DNA of 64,000 bases from an uncultured Solirubrobacteraceae bacterium (GCA_963794635.1 CAWCET010000006.1:392469-456468); one strand, 5' to 3'; positions 1-10,066 are shown, counted from the first letter of the stretch. The notes: generated from the sequence alone by a model not told the origin. A program made the numbers and translations.

Positions 1-1
1 A

Positions 2-793
2 GAGCACACGCGCCTGCCGCTGATCGCGAAGATCGAGAAGCCGCAGGCCGTCGAACGCGCCGAGGAGATCATCGGCGCCGCGGACTGCGTGATGGTCGCG
101 CGCGGGGACCTCGGCATCGAGCTGCCGATCGCACAGGTGCCCCTGGTGCAGAAGCGGCTGATCGAGCTCGCCGGCTGGGCCGCGCGGCCCTCGATCACCG
201 CGACCCAGATGCTCGACTCGATGGTCAACTCCTCGCGGCCGACGCGCGCCGAGGTCGCCGACGTCGCGAACGCGATCCTCGACGGGACCGACGCGGTGAT
301 GCTCTCCCAGGAGACCGCGGTCGGCGCCTATCCGGTGGAGGCCGTCGCGATGATGGCCGCCGTCGCCGAGCAGGCCGAGTCGATCGCGCCCTACGAGCGC
401 TGGAACCTGTCCCGCGTGAGGCGGACGTCCTCAGACCCGGCCTACACGATCGCCCACAACCTCTGCGACGCCGCACGCGAGCTCGGCCTCGACGCGCTCG
501 TGATCCCGACGCTCTCGGGCCGCTCGGCCCGGCTCGTCTCGGCGCACCGTCCGACTGTGCCCATCTACGCGCTCTCCCCGGGACGCGAGACGGTCCGCCG
601 CTGCGGGCTGATGTGGGGGGTCCAAGCCGCCTCGATGCCGCGCCACGAGACCACCGAGGCGCTGATCGCAGACGCGGCGCGGCGCGTCGTGGAACTGGGC
701 TGGTGCTCGCGCGGCCAGCGCGTCGGGATCACCGCCGGCCTGCCCTCGGGACGCCCGGGGACGACCAGCCTCTTTCAGATCCAGGTCCTCTAG
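2..793 (+). CDS. pyk: pyruvate kinase, C-terminal ~263 aa (5' end outside window)
   Basis: The frame is open from the window edge (EHTRLPLIAKIEKPQAVERAEEIIGAADCVMVARGDLGIELP...PTRAEVADVANAILDGTDAVMLSQETAVGAYP). These are typical PK barrel motifs followed by the C-terminal domain. TAG at 791-793. Confidence 0.9.
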   Translation, partial: EHTRLPLIAKIEKPQAVERAEEIIGAADCVMVARGDLGIELPIAQVPLVQKRLIELAGWAARPSITATQMLDSMVNSSRPTRAEVADVANAILDGTDAVMLSQETAVGAYPVEAVAMMAAVAEQAESIAPYERWNLSRVRRTSSDPAYTIAHNLCDAARELGLDALVIPTLSGRSARLVSAHRPTVPIYALSPGRETVRRCGLMWGVQAASMPRHETTEALIADAARRVVELGWCSRGQRVGITAGLPSGRPGTTSLFQIQVL

Positions 794-812
794 GGCCCGC
801 CTCCGCGGGCCC
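793..812. terminator. GC hairpin between convergent genes (possible bidirectional terminator)
   Basis: GGGCCCGC-CTCC-GCGGGCCC forms a perfect 8-bp stem with a 4-nt loop. It lies between the pyk stop (793) and the stop of the minus-strand kinase gene (831). No clear U-tract. Confidence 0.45.
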
Positions 813-830
813 GGGAACGCTCGCTTCGGC

Positions 831-1253
831 CTAGCCCTCCCGGGCGAGCTCGAACCACACGGTCGTGCCGCCCTCGCTGTCCACGCCCCACGCGCTGGCC
901 GCTTTCGCGACCAGGTAGAGCCCGTAGCCTTCGCCCAGGCGCTCGGGATCGCGGGGGCGGGGGGTGAAGCCGGCCCCGGCGTCCGTGACCGCGACGCGCA
1001 CCGCACGGTCGGTCACGGTCGCGTCGAGCGAGATCGGAGCGTTCTCGGGGCCGTTGGAATGGCGCACCGCGTTCGAGACGACCTCGGAGACGAGCAGCAC
1101 CACCGTCTGGCCGAACGAACCGTCGACGCCCAGCGCGAGCATCTGCTCGGAGACCGCCGAGCGGGCGATGGCCGGGGCGTGGATGTCGCGCGTCAGATCC
1201 AGCCGCAGCGAGGACCCGGCCCCGCCCGCGCTCCCTGTCTGCTGCTCGCTCAC
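831..1253 (-). CDS. RsbW/SpoIIAB-like anti-sigma factor serine kinase (HATPase_c)
   Basis: 140 aa. N-box-like SEVVSNAVRHS and G1-like DAGAGF are present. The GTG start overlaps the upstream STAS gene stop (GTGA). Confidence 0.75.
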   Translation of the reverse strand: MSEQQTGSAGGAGSSLRLDLTRDIHAPAIARSAVSEQMLALGVDGSFGQTVVLLVSEVVSNAVRHSNGPENAPISLDATVTDRAVRVAVTDAGAGFTPRPRDPERLGEGYGLYLVAKAASAWGVDSEGGTTVWFELAREG

Positions 1254-1585
1254 GCCGGGGGCTCGTCGACGAACGGCAGGTTCTCCTCGGCGCGCGTGAC
1301 CTGGAAGATCGTGAGCACGGCCGCCGCCGGGCGCACCAGCAGGAGCTCGAACTCCTCTTCGCGTGCACGGTCGGCCAGCACGATGAACTGACGCAGCCCG
1401 GAGGAGTCCAGGAACCCGAGCGGCCTGAGGTCGACGACGAGCTGGCGCGCGCCCGCGGCGAGCGCCCTGTCGAGAGCGTCCTGCAGGCGCGGCACCGTGG
1501 CGATGTCGAGCTCGCCGGTCAGGACCAGCCGGGCGCGGTCGCCTTCGGCGTAGGACTCGACCTGCAGTGGGGGCGCGATCGCCAT
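1250..1585 (-). CDS. STAS-domain anti-sigma factor antagonist (RsbV/SpoIIAA-like)
   Basis: 111 aa from ATG 1585 (MAIAPPLQVE...). Contains LTGELDIATVPRL and the phosphorylatable-Ser motif LDSSGL. The longer 272-aa ORF is an artefactual 5' extension into the next gene. Confidence 0.85.
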   Translation of the reverse strand: MAIAPPLQVESYAEGDRARLVLTGELDIATVPRLQDALDRALAAGARQLVVDLRPLGFLDSSGLRQFIVLADRAREEEFELLLVRPAAAVLTIFQVTRAEENLPFVDEPPA

Positions 1586-1587
1586 TG

Positions 1588-3732
1588 CTAGGCCCTCACC
1601 ACCGGCTCGGCCTCGGCCGGAGCGGAAGGTCTCCCCGCCGTCTCGGCCCGGGCCGCCGCACGGGTTTCGCCGGGCACCTCGGCGACCCGCCTCATCGCGA
1701 GCATCGCGGTGTCGTCTGCCTGCGCGCCGACCTGGAAGCGCTCGAGCTCGGCGATCACGCGTTCGCGGATCGCCATCGGGGACGCTCCCCGCAGGGCGCC
1801 GAGCAGCGCTCGCAGACGGTCGGCGCCGTAGCGCTCCTCCTCCGCGCCGACCGTGTCGGTGACCCCGTCGGTGATCGCCACGAGCGACTCCCCCGGTGCC
1901 GGGGTGTAGCTCTCTTCGGGCCACTGCCCGGCTGCGAAGGCGCCGAGCAGCGTGCCGTGGGCGCCGATCTCGCACACCTCCTCGCCCCCGAGCAGCCACG
2001 GGAGCGGGTGGCCGCCCGAGGCGATCGTCACGCACGACCCGCTGATGCGCAGGCACAGCGCGGTGCACACCGACAGCGAGGGCCGCCGCCGCAGCGCGGC
2101 GTTGACCCGTTCGAGCAGGTGCGCCGGGCGCGCGTCGAATTCCGAGGCGGTCCAGGCCGTGTGGCGGACCAGCGACGTGACGGCGGCGGCCCGCACGCCC
2201 TTGCCGGTCACGTCCCCGATCATGACGAGCCAGTCACCGCCGGCCTCCCAGACGTCGTAGAAGTCGCCCCCGACCTCGCCCTCCTGGGCGGCCGGGCGGT
2301 ACATCGCTGCGAGCTCCCAGTCGGGCAGCTCGGGCAGCGCTTCAGGCAGCAGGCTCGCCTGCAGCGTGCGCGCGATGCCGGCGCGTTCTCCGTAGAGCCG
2401 CGCGTTCTCGACGGCCAGCGCCGCGCGCTCGGCGATCTGTTCGGCGAACTCGACGTCGCCCGCGTCGAACGTGCGGCCCGATTCCGAGCTCACGAGCGAG
2501 ATCGTCCCGATCGTCCTGCCCCGGATCTTCATCGGCACGAGCAGCGCGGCGCGCAGCCCGACCTGGCGCAGCAGCTCGAGGTGGCGCTCGTCGACGGCGG
2601 AGGCCCGCACCAGCTCATCGGGGATCTCGTTGTAGAGGACGGGCTCCCCGGTGGCGATCACGCGGCCGATCCCGCGGTCGGGTTGCATGTGCTCCGGTTC
2701 GTATTCGCGCAGCCGCGCCGCGAGCTCGACCCGCGCCGGATCGACGTGGGCGACGGCGACCGGCTCGCGGCGCCCTTCCTCGTCGACCAGGTCCACGCCG
2801 CACCAGTCCGCGAGCGTCGGCACGGCGAGGCCGGCGACGTTCTGCAGCGTCTGTGCGTAGTCCAGGGAGGAGGCGAGCAACGTGGCCGCGCGCGCGAGGA
2901 ACTCGCTGCGCAACTGCAGCCGCTTGCTCACCGTCACGTCCTCGATGATCGTCACCGCCGAGTCGATCGCCCCCTCCTCGTCACGGACGGCGGCTGCCTT
3001 CAGCAGCACCCAGCGCTCATCTCCGGTGGCCTTCTCGACCGTGCGCAGGAGCATCGGCTCGGGCTTCTCGTCGCCGCGCAGCAGGCGCACGGAGGGCAGG
3101 TCCTCCATCCGCACTTCGTGTCCGTCCTCGGTCGAGACCTCGTAGCCGCCCATCAGGGCGCGCGGGTCGGCGGCAGCCAGCTCTGCCACCGAGGACAGGC
3201 CCATCCGTTCCAGGGCCGCGCGATTCGCGTAGATGAGGCGGTCGTCGGGGGCCCGGATCGTGATCGCCTCGACGAGCGAGTCCACGATCGCCTGCAGGCG
3301 CTGCTCGGAACCCTGGAGCGCGTGCTCGAGCTCGGCGAGCAGCTCCTGTCGCTCGCGCTCGCGCGCCCGGCGCTCGGAGATGTCGGTGAGAAAGGCGTGG
3401 AAGGAGTGCGTGCCCTCCTCGTCGAGCGCGGAGACGATCATTTCGACGGGGAACTCGCTGCCGTCGGCCCTCAGCGCGAGCTGCTCGCTGCGCCGGTCGA
3501 GCAGGGGCGTCTCGCCGCCCGCTTTGAAGCGCCGGAAGCCCAGGCGGAGCGCCTCGCGGAAGCGCTCGGGAACGATCAGCTCGATCGCGTTCTGCCCGAC
3601 CGCCTGCTCGCGGGTCCAGCCGAACGTCTCTTCGGCGCGGATGTTCCAGTAGGTGATGCGCCCCTCGTCGTCCATCGAGATGAACGCACTGGCGGCGACG
3701 TTGAGGATCTTGCGAGCCCGGCCGAGATCCAT
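1588..3732 (-). CDS. PAS-PAS-GAF sensor fused to a PP2C/SpoIIE serine phosphatase (RsbU/RsbP-like)
   Basis: PAS-like (GRITYWNIRAEETFGW), a GAF region, and C-terminal SpoIIE motifs GGDFYD, GDVTGKG, GGHP and TDGVTD. I chose the start at ATG 3732 (MDLGRARK) because ATG 3783 would overlap the upstream gene. Confidence 0.85.
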   Translation of the reverse strand: MDLGRARKILNVAASAFISMDDEGRITYWNIRAEETFGWTREQAVGQNAIELIVPERFREALRLGFRRFKAGGETPLLDRRSEQLALRADGSEFPVEMIVSALDEEGTHSFHAFLTDISERRARERERQELLAELEHALQGSEQRLQAIVDSLVEAITIRAPDDRLIYANRAALERMGLSSVAELAAADPRALMGGYEVSTEDGHEVRMEDLPSVRLLRGDEKPEPMLLRTVEKATGDERWVLLKAAAVRDEEGAIDSAVTIIEDVTVSKRLQLRSEFLARAATLLASSLDYAQTLQNVAGLAVPTLADWCGVDLVDEEGRREPVAVAHVDPARVELAARLREYEPEHMQPDRGIGRVIATGEPVLYNEIPDELVRASAVDERHLELLRQVGLRAALLVPMKIRGRTIGTISLVSSESGRTFDAGDVEFAEQIAERAALAVENARLYGERAGIARTLQASLLPEALPELPDWELAAMYRPAAQEGEVGGDFYDVWEAGGDWLVMIGDVTGKGVRAAAVTSLVRHTAWTASEFDARPAHLLERVNAALRRRPSLSVCTALCLRISGSCVTIASGGHPLPWLLGGEEVCEIGAHGTLLGAFAAGQWPEESYTPAPGESLVAITDGVTDTVGAEEERYGADRLRALLGALRGASPMAIRERVIAELERFQVGAQADDTAMLAMRRVAEVPGETRAAARAETAGRPSAPAEAEPVVRA

Positions 3733-3757
3733 GCGGTGATTATCGCGAAGTGCCTGC

Positions 3758-5167
3758 TCAGCCGGCGGTGCCCACGCCCGCACGGCGGTAGAAGTCGGTC
3801 TCCTCGCGACCCAGCTCGGTCACGGGCTCCTCGCCGTACATCCACTCGCGCGCGATGCGATGCCAGTTGGCGCGCGCGCCGAGCTGGGCGAGCACGGCGA
3901 GCGTGAGCATCTCCATGCGCCGGCCGAAGAGGTGCTCGGGCCGCATGTCCTGGTGGCGCATCTCGCGGAAGTGGCTCGAGCGCGGGTCCGAGCTCTCGAT
4001 CATCACCTTGGTCGCGATCTGCGGCGTCAGCTCGACGACGCGATCCGCGGTCGTGTACCACCAGATCGCGTCGCGGATGAACTCCAGCAGCGACTCGGGG
4101 TCGACGCGCTCGGGTTCCGGCAGGAAGCCGGACTCGGCGAGCAGGCGATGGAGCGTCGCGGGGTCTTCCTCGACGACCGCGCGCTGGCATGCCAGCTCGA
4201 GCTCGACGGCGGCGGCGTCCATGCGCTTGAAGAGCCCGAAGTCCAAGAATGCGACGCGGCCGTCCTCGAGCAGCAGGAAGTTGCCGGGGTGGGGATCGCC
4301 GGAGAACTGATGGTGGCGGTAGAGGCAGCCCAGGAAGAAGCGGAACACGATCTCCCCGAGCCGGTCGCGCTCGGCCTGCGTGCCCTGCTTGAGAGTCTCG
4401 AAGCCGACGCCGCTCACATAGTCGGTGACCAGCACCCGCTCCCGCGTGAGCGAGCTGAGGACGTCGGGCACGACGATGAAGGGGTGTCCTGCGTAGATGC
4501 GCGCGAGCGCGCGCTGGTTCTGCGCCTCGAGCTCGTAGTCGAGCTCCTCCTCGATGCGTTCCCGGATCTCTGTCGTGATGGCCTTGACATCGAGACCCGG
4601 CGTCATGCGCTTCAGCAGTCGCATGATCATGTCCAGGTTCTGCATGTCGGCCCGCACGGCACCCGCCACGCCCGGGTACTGGACCTTGACCGCCACCTCG
4701 CGGCCGTCGCTCGCGAGCCGCGCGCGGTAGACCTGGCCGATCGAGGCGGCCGCGACCGGCTCGGGGTCGAACTCGCTGAAGACCTCGTCCAGGTCCTCTT
4801 CGAGGTCCTCCTCGATCACCTTGCGCATCTGCTTGAAGGAGACCGTCGGCGCGGCGTCCCGGAGCTTTGCCAGCTCGGCCTGGAACTCCTCGCGGTGCTC
4901 CTCCGGCACGAGCCCGACGTCCAGGAACGACATCACCTGCCCGAGCTTCATCGCCGCGCCCTTCATCGTCCCGAGCACCGCGACGATCTGCTTCGCGGTC
5001 TCGAGCTGGCGCCGCGACATCGCCTCCACCGCTGCGTCTTCGTCGCGGGCGACGTTGGCCGCTTTCGTGCCGAACTGCTTGACGGCCTCGCTCGCCGCGA
5101 GCGTGGCCACCGTGGCGGTGCGCCGCACGCGCGAGGTCGGGATCTTCTCGTTCTCGTCGCGCGCCAT
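3758..5167 (-). CDS. ABC1/UbiB-family atypical protein kinase (AarF domain)
   Basis: 469 aa. ABC1 signature region KLGQVMSF...F.EFD.EPVAAASIGQVYRA.L..GREVAVKVQYPGV is present, with HPGNFLL and DFG further downstream. Confidence 0.85.
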   Translation of the reverse strand: MARDENEKIPTSRVRRTATVATLAASEAVKQFGTKAANVARDEDAAVEAMSRRQLETAKQIVAVLGTMKGAAMKLGQVMSFLDVGLVPEEHREEFQAELAKLRDAAPTVSFKQMRKVIEEDLEEDLDEVFSEFDPEPVAAASIGQVYRARLASDGREVAVKVQYPGVAGAVRADMQNLDMIMRLLKRMTPGLDVKAITTEIRERIEEELDYELEAQNQRALARIYAGHPFIVVPDVLSSLTRERVLVTDYVSGVGFETLKQGTQAERDRLGEIVFRFFLGCLYRHHQFSGDPHPGNFLLLEDGRVAFLDFGLFKRMDAAAVELELACQRAVVEEDPATLHRLLAESGFLPEPERVDPESLLEFIRDAIWWYTTADRVVELTPQIATKVMIESSDPRSSHFREMRHQDMRPEHLFGRRMEMLTLAVLAQLGARANWHRIAREWMYGEEPVTELGREETDFYRRAGVGTAG

Positions 5168-5211
5168 GCCTCCCCAATCCTAGGAGGCGGGGTCCGGCTC
5201 CGGCCTCGGGC

Positions 5212-5979
5212 TCAGCCGCCTCGCTCGACTTTCGAGCCCGGCACGATGTCGTCGGCGCCGTCTGGCCAGCGGATCCACGCCTTGGTGCCGCCGTCGTAGT
5301 CGGCGCCGAGGAGGATCAGCGTCGCGGGACCGCCGAGCGCCGTGCACGGCTCGGAGCCCTCCGGGTCGAGCCCGCGCCACACGCGGATGAAGGCGTTCTG
5401 GTCCCACTCACGACCCACGCTCGTGTCGTCCGCGTGCCCGGGGTGGATGACGGTGTCGGGCGCCAGCTCCATCAGCGTGCCCATGATCGAGTCGCGAAGA
5501 TCGGCGTAGGTGGTGTGGCCCGGGGCTTTGACGCCGCCGACGGAGTCCTTGAAGAGGGTGTCCCCCGTGAACACCGCCTGCTCCCCCGAGCCGTCGTCGA
5601 CGAGGAACGAGAGCATGCCGCCGGTGTGGCCCGGAGTCCTCAGCGGACGCACGGTGAGCGCGCCGAACTCCTTGGTCTCCCCCGCCTCGATCGTGCCGTA
5701 GGAGGCCCCACCGTCGCCGAGCAGATCGCGCTCCTGTCCGCTGAGGAGCACCTCGAGGCCGGGCCAGCGTTCCTTGAGCTTGTCGACCTCGCACACGTGG
5801 TCGTAGTGGTGGTGGGTGAGCAGCACGTGCGTGGGCTCGAGCCCACGCTGCTCGGCGGCCTCGATCAGCGGCTCGACCGGGCCGCCCGCGTCGATGAAGA
5901 ACGCCGGCCCGCCCTGACCGTCGGCTACCAGGAAGGTGTTCGAGACGAACTGCGGGTTCAGGGAGCGCTCGACGATCAC
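5212..5979 (-). CDS. MBL-fold metallo-hydrolase (glyoxalase II-like)
   Basis: HxHxDH motif (LLTHHHYDHV) and TPGHTGG. GTG start at 5979 with AAGGA 8 nt upstream. The ATG at 6090 would overlap purD. Confidence 0.8.
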   Translation of the reverse strand: MIVERSLNPQFVSNTFLVADGQGGPAFFIDAGGPVEPLIEAAEQRGLEPTHVLLTHHHYDHVCEVDKLKERWPGLEVLLSGQERDLLGDGGASYGTIEAGETKEFGALTVRPLRTPGHTGGMLSFLVDDGSGEQAVFTGDTLFKDSVGGVKAPGHTTYADLRDSIMGTLMELAPDTVIHPGHADDTSVGREWDQNAFIRVWRGLDPEGSEPCTALGGPATLILLGADYDGGTKAWIRWPDGADDIVPGSKVERGG

Positions 5980-6008
5980 GCTGGCAATCCTTGCACGAAG
6001 CCGGGGGC

Positions 6009-7352
6009 TCAGCCGCCCGGAGCCGCGGCGGGGGCGACGAGCCGCGTCAGACCCTCGAGGTAGCCGGTGTCGCCGACATCGCGCCGCCACTCCAGCGTCG
6101 GCACGCGCGCGGCCCAGCCCTGCAGCCGCTCACGCGCCTGCTCGAGCGCGGGTGCCGTCGTCGCGAGCGCGACCGCCCGCGACGTTCCGACGGTGCGGTA
6201 GCTGCCGGCGCCGGCCTCGACCGCCGAGGAGAAGAAGACGCTGCAGCCGTCCGCCTCGATGGCTGCGACGTCGAGTGGGAACTCGTAGGGGCCGCCCGGG
6301 CGCAGCGCATAGTCGGGGGAGACCAGGTAGAGCACCAGCGAGGCCTCCTCGCGCAGCGGCACGTCGGCGGCGCTCAGCGTGCCGTCGCAGATCCGCTGCA
6401 TGACCTCGGTCCACGAGCCGTCGAACAGGCTCATGATGTTCATGCACTCGGGATCGCCGAAACGAGCGTTGAACTCGATCACCTTGACGCCGTCCGCGGT
6501 GGCGAAGAAGCCGGAGTTCATGACGCCGTTGAAACGCCGCCCGCTCGCGCCCAGGCGCTCGATCACCGCGGCCACGATCGAGCACGCCTGCTCGTAGTGG
6601 GCCGGGGTCATGAACGGAAGCGTCCGCGAGGCGAGCGAGAGCGAGCCCATGCCACCGGTGCCCGGCCCCTCGTCCCCGTCGAATCGGTACGGGTAGTCGT
6701 AGGTGGAGGGCGGGAACACGACCGTGCGCCCGTCGCTGACGGCCTGGATCGTGAACTCGGCGCCGTCGACGCGCTCCTCGATCAACACCGCCTCGCCGGC
6801 TCCGCCGCGGTTCAGGAGCTCACCCGCGTACGCGCGCGCCTCGTCGTGGTCGGCGAGGTGCGGGCCCATCACCTTCACGCCCTTGCCCCCTGTCAGCCCG
6901 GCGGGCTTGACCGCGAGCGGGGTGGTGCCGAACGCAGCCATCGCGCGCTGCAGCTCCGCCTCGTCGCGGACGATCTGCAGCTCGGGCACCGCCTCGGGCG
7001 CCACTTCTGCGAGCAGCTCGCGCGCGAACACCTTGTTCCACTCGATCTCCGCGCCCTCCCGCGTCGGTCCGACCGTGCGCGTCCCCTGGGCGAGCAGCGC
7101 ATCCACGATCCCTGCCGCGAGCGGCTCGTCGGAGCTGACCATCGCGATGTCGATCTCGCGCTCGCGGGCGACGGCGGCGACCGTCTCCGGGTCGCAGGCG
7201 TCGCCGACGACATGACCGCCGCCCGATTTCGCGCAGCAACGGACGATCGTCGGGTTCTCGTGCCCCACGACCGCATGGAGCTCCGAGTCCTCGGCCATCG
7301 CGCTCGCCAGCGCGCTCTCGCGGCCGCCGTTGCCGACGATCAGGGTTCGCAC
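6009..7352 (-). CDS. purD: phosphoribosylamine--glycine ligase
   Basis: 447 aa. MRTLIVGNGGRESALA N-terminus, ATP-grasp core and EFNARFGDPE motif. Confidence 0.9.
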   Translation of the reverse strand: MRTLIVGNGGRESALASAMAEDSELHAVVGHENPTIVRCCAKSGGGHVVGDACDPETVAAVAREREIDIAMVSSDEPLAAGIVDALLAQGTRTVGPTREGAEIEWNKVFARELLAEVAPEAVPELQIVRDEAELQRAMAAFGTTPLAVKPAGLTGGKGVKVMGPHLADHDEARAYAGELLNRGGAGEAVLIEERVDGAEFTIQAVSDGRTVVFPPSTYDYPYRFDGDEGPGTGGMGSLSLASRTLPFMTPAHYEQACSIVAAVIERLGASGRRFNGVMNSGFFATADGVKVIEFNARFGDPECMNIMSLFDGSWTEVMQRICDGTLSAADVPLREEASLVLYLVSPDYALRPGGPYEFPLDVAAIEADGCSVFFSSAVEAGAGSYRTVGTSRAVALATTAPALEQARERLQGWAARVPTLEWRRDVGDTGYLEGLTRLVAPAAAPGG

Positions 7353-7429
7353 GGCGTGGAGTCTAGGAGAGGCGGTGGAGACGAAGGCCGGGCGAGCGGC
7401 CCACCCGGCGCGCGCTCTACCCTCACGCG

Positions 7430-8209
7430 ATGGCCGCAGACGATCGGCTCACCGACCACGCGGCGCTGAACCGGCGCGTCTGGGACGCGCAATCCGACGA
7501 CTACCAGGCCCGGCACGGCGGGCAGCTGGAGAAGTCGGGCGGCACCGCCTGGGGCGTGTGGCAGATCCCGGAGTCCGAGCTGCGCGTGCTGGGCGACGTC
7601 GCGGGCCTCGAGGTGCTGGAGCTCGGCTGCGGGGCGGCGCAGTGGTCGATCGCGCTCGCGCTGGAGGGAGCGAGGCCGACCGGCCTCGACAACTCCGCCC
7701 GCCAGCTCGAGCACGCGCGTGAGCTGATGGCGGCCGCGGGCGTCGAGTTCCCCCTCGTCCACGCCAGCGCGGAGTCGACAGGCCTTCAGAGCGAGAGCTT
7801 CGACGTCGTCTTCTGCGACTTCGGCGCGATGACGTTCACCGACCCGCACCTGAGCGTGCCCGAGGCCGCGCGGCTGCTGCGAGCCGGCGGCCTGTTCGCG
7901 TTCTCGGCGCTCACGCCGATCGTCGACCTTGCTTGGCCACCCGGGATCGAGCATCCCGGCGAGACCCTCGCGGTCGACTACTGGGAGGGCATCCGCCGCT
8001 TCGAGGAACCCGGCGAGCCGATCGCCTTCCAGCTTCCCTACGGGGAGTGGATCGCCCTGTTTCGCGGCAGCGGCCTCGACGTCGAGGACCTGATCGAGCT
8101 GCGCCCGCCGGCGGACGCCGAGAGCAGCTACCGCTCCGTCGAGGACCGCGAATGGGCTCGGCGCTGGCCGATGGAGCACATCTGGCGCCTGCGGCGCCGC
8201 GCAGGCTGA
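7430..8209 (+). CDS. class I SAM-dependent methyltransferase
   Basis: 259 aa. Motif I is VLELGCGAAQWS. Methyltransf_11-like layout. Confidence 0.8.
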   Translation: MAADDRLTDHAALNRRVWDAQSDDYQARHGGQLEKSGGTAWGVWQIPESELRVLGDVAGLEVLELGCGAAQWSIALALEGARPTGLDNSARQLEHARELMAAAGVEFPLVHASAESTGLQSESFDVVFCDFGAMTFTDPHLSVPEAARLLRAGGLFAFSALTPIVDLAWPPGIEHPGETLAVDYWEGIRRFEEPGEPIAFQLPYGEWIALFRGSGLDVEDLIELRPPADAESSYRSVEDREWARRWPMEHIWRLRRRAG

Positions 8210-8368
8210 CGGATTCGAGCTGTTCGGCTTCGCGCTGCAGAGCCGAACAACATGCCCGAGACGCAGGATCGCGCGTTGGCGAAACGTCCACCAGCGCCGA
8301 AACCGCTCAGCGCCGTGCTGTCAAGCGGCCGATGGATCACGAGCACCCCCCACCCCCCAAAGGAAAAG

Positions 8369-10066
8369 ATGCACACGGAGCCGATCAGCGACGACGCGAT
8401 GGTGCCGGACCGCCCCCGGGACGAGCCCCCCGAGCTCGACGGGCAGCTCTTCGAGGCGACCGGCGAAGTCCACGCGAACGCGGACTCGCTCGAGCAGACG
8501 TTGCGCTCGCTGCTCGCGGTGTACCCGCAGGCGGCGGTCGGCGCGATGAGCTCCGCCGGCATCTACGTGCCGATGCCCGACTCGGTCGGCCTCGGCGAGC
8601 ATCAGGTCCTCGAAGGGCGCTCCGGCTTGGACCTGATCGGCACCGAGGACCGCGAAGCCGTCCTGGAGAACTGGGACCGCGCGCTGAACTTCGGCGCCAG
8701 CCGCTGCACGATCCACCCCGAAGGCTACGAAGAGGTGATCCTGTACGCGCTCGACCTGCGTGAGCGCCACGGCATCGTGTTCACGCTGCTCGCGTCCTCG
8801 AACCCGCTTGCGGCCGCCGAGCCGGTCGATTCCGAACGGGTGGTCCAGCGCCCGCGCTTCGCGACGATCCACAAGAACGAGCTCAGCTTCCTCGTCCACG
8901 TCGACGAGGCGATCCAGCAGATCCTCGGGTGGGACGCGGAGGAGATGATCGGACACCGCTCACTGGAGTTCGTCCATCCCGACGACCATGCGCTCGCGAT
9001 CGACAACTGGATGCAGATGCTCGCGCGTCCGGGTCCGGCGCGGCGCGTGCGCCAGCGTCTGCAGTCCAAGGACGGCGGCTGGGTCTGGTTCGAGGTCACC
9101 AACCACAACCTGCTGGCCGACCCCAGCCACGAGGTCGTCATCTGCGAGATGGTCGACATCACCGAGGAGATGGCCGCTCACGAGGACCTGCGCGCCCGCG
9201 AGCAGTTGCTCGACCGCCTCGCCGAAACCGTGCCGGTCGGGCTGTTGCAGGTCGACACCGAGATGCAGATCGTCTACACCAACGACCGCCTGCACGAGAT
9301 CCTGGGAGCTCCGCGAGCGGAAACCGCGACGCAGCAGCTCGCCAACGTCGAGGCGGCGGGCCGCGTGCTGATCGAGGAGGCCTTCGCCCGGCTGCTAGGC
9401 GAGGGCGTCGACGCCGAAGTCGAGGTCGCGGTCACCCGCGGGAGCGACGACGGCGTGCGGCACTGCCAGGTCAGCCTGCGCGCGCTGACCCACGAGAGCG
9501 GCGAGGTCAGCGGGGCGATCGCCTGCCTCGTCGATGTGACCGACAGCATCACGATGCGCGAGGAGCTTCGCCGCCGCGCCAGCCACGACGAACTGACCGG
9601 CTGCCTGAACCGCGCGGCCATCACGCGCGCGCTCGAGCAGAGCATCCAGGACGGCGAGCCCGGCGCACAGCGGGCACTGCTGTTCATCGATCTCGACGGC
9701 TTCAAGGAGGTCAACGACGAGCACGGCCACGCCGCCGGGGACGAGCTCCTGCGAGCCGTCGCCGGACACCTGCGCGCCAGCGTGCGCGCGGGCGATCTCG
9801 TCGGCCGCCTCGGCGGCGACGAGTTCCTGGTCCTGTGCCCGGAAATGGACGAGCTGACGGCGCGCCGCCTTGCCGACCGCCTGGCGGTGTCGGCCGCAGC
9901 GGGCGCCGTCGACCACGCCGCCGCGGTCGGGGCGAGCGTCGGAGTGTCCTGGTCGCGCGGCTCGGCGCTCGACGCCGAGACGCTTCTGGCGAGAGCCGAC
10001 CGCGCGATGTACGACGTCAAGCGCGAGCGCTCGAATGGGCGCCGCGAGACGGCCGGCCGCGTTTGA
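8369..10066 (+). CDS. PAS-domain diguanylate cyclase (GGDEF)
   Basis: PAS regions followed by GGDEF: LFIDLDGFKEVNDEHGHAAGDELL and RAGDLVGRLGGDEF (an RxxD I-site 5 aa upstream of GGDEF). ATG 8369 is preceded by AAGGA. The alternative ATG 8252 adds a low-complexity leader. Confidence 0.85.
   Translation: MHTEPISDDAMVPDRPRDEPPELDGQLFEATGEVHANADSLEQTLRSLLAVYPQAAVGAMSSAGIYVPMPDSVGLGEHQVLEGRSGLDLIGTEDREAVLENWDRALNFGASRCTIHPEGYEEVILYALDLRERHGIVFTLLASSNPLAAAEPVDSERVVQRPRFATIHKNELSFLVHVDEAIQQILGWDAEEMIGHRSLEFVHPDDHALAIDNWMQMLARPGPARRVRQRLQSKDGGWVWFEVTNHNLLADPSHEVVICEMVDITEEMAAHEDLRAREQLLDRLAETVPVGLLQVDTEMQIVYTNDRLHEILGAPRAETATQQLANVEAAGRVLIEEAFARLLGEGVDAEVEVAVTRGSDDGVRHCQVSLRALTHESGEVSGAIACLVDVTDSITMREELRRRASHDELTGCLNRAAITRALEQSIQDGEPGAQRALLFIDLDGFKEVNDEHGHAAGDELLRAVAGHLRASVRAGDLVGRLGGDEFLVLCPEMDELTARRLADRLAVSAAAGAVDHAAAVGASVGVSWSRGSALDAETLLARADRAMYDVKRERSNGRRETAGRV

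Noticed and set aside
1567-3906. 779-aa plus-strand ORF antisense to the PAS-GAF-PP2C gene
   Set aside because: Arg/Gly/Pro/Asp-rich low-complexity translation with no motifs. It is a typical shadow ORF of a high-GC gene, and the minus-strand frame carries clear PAS, GAF and SpoIIE motifs.
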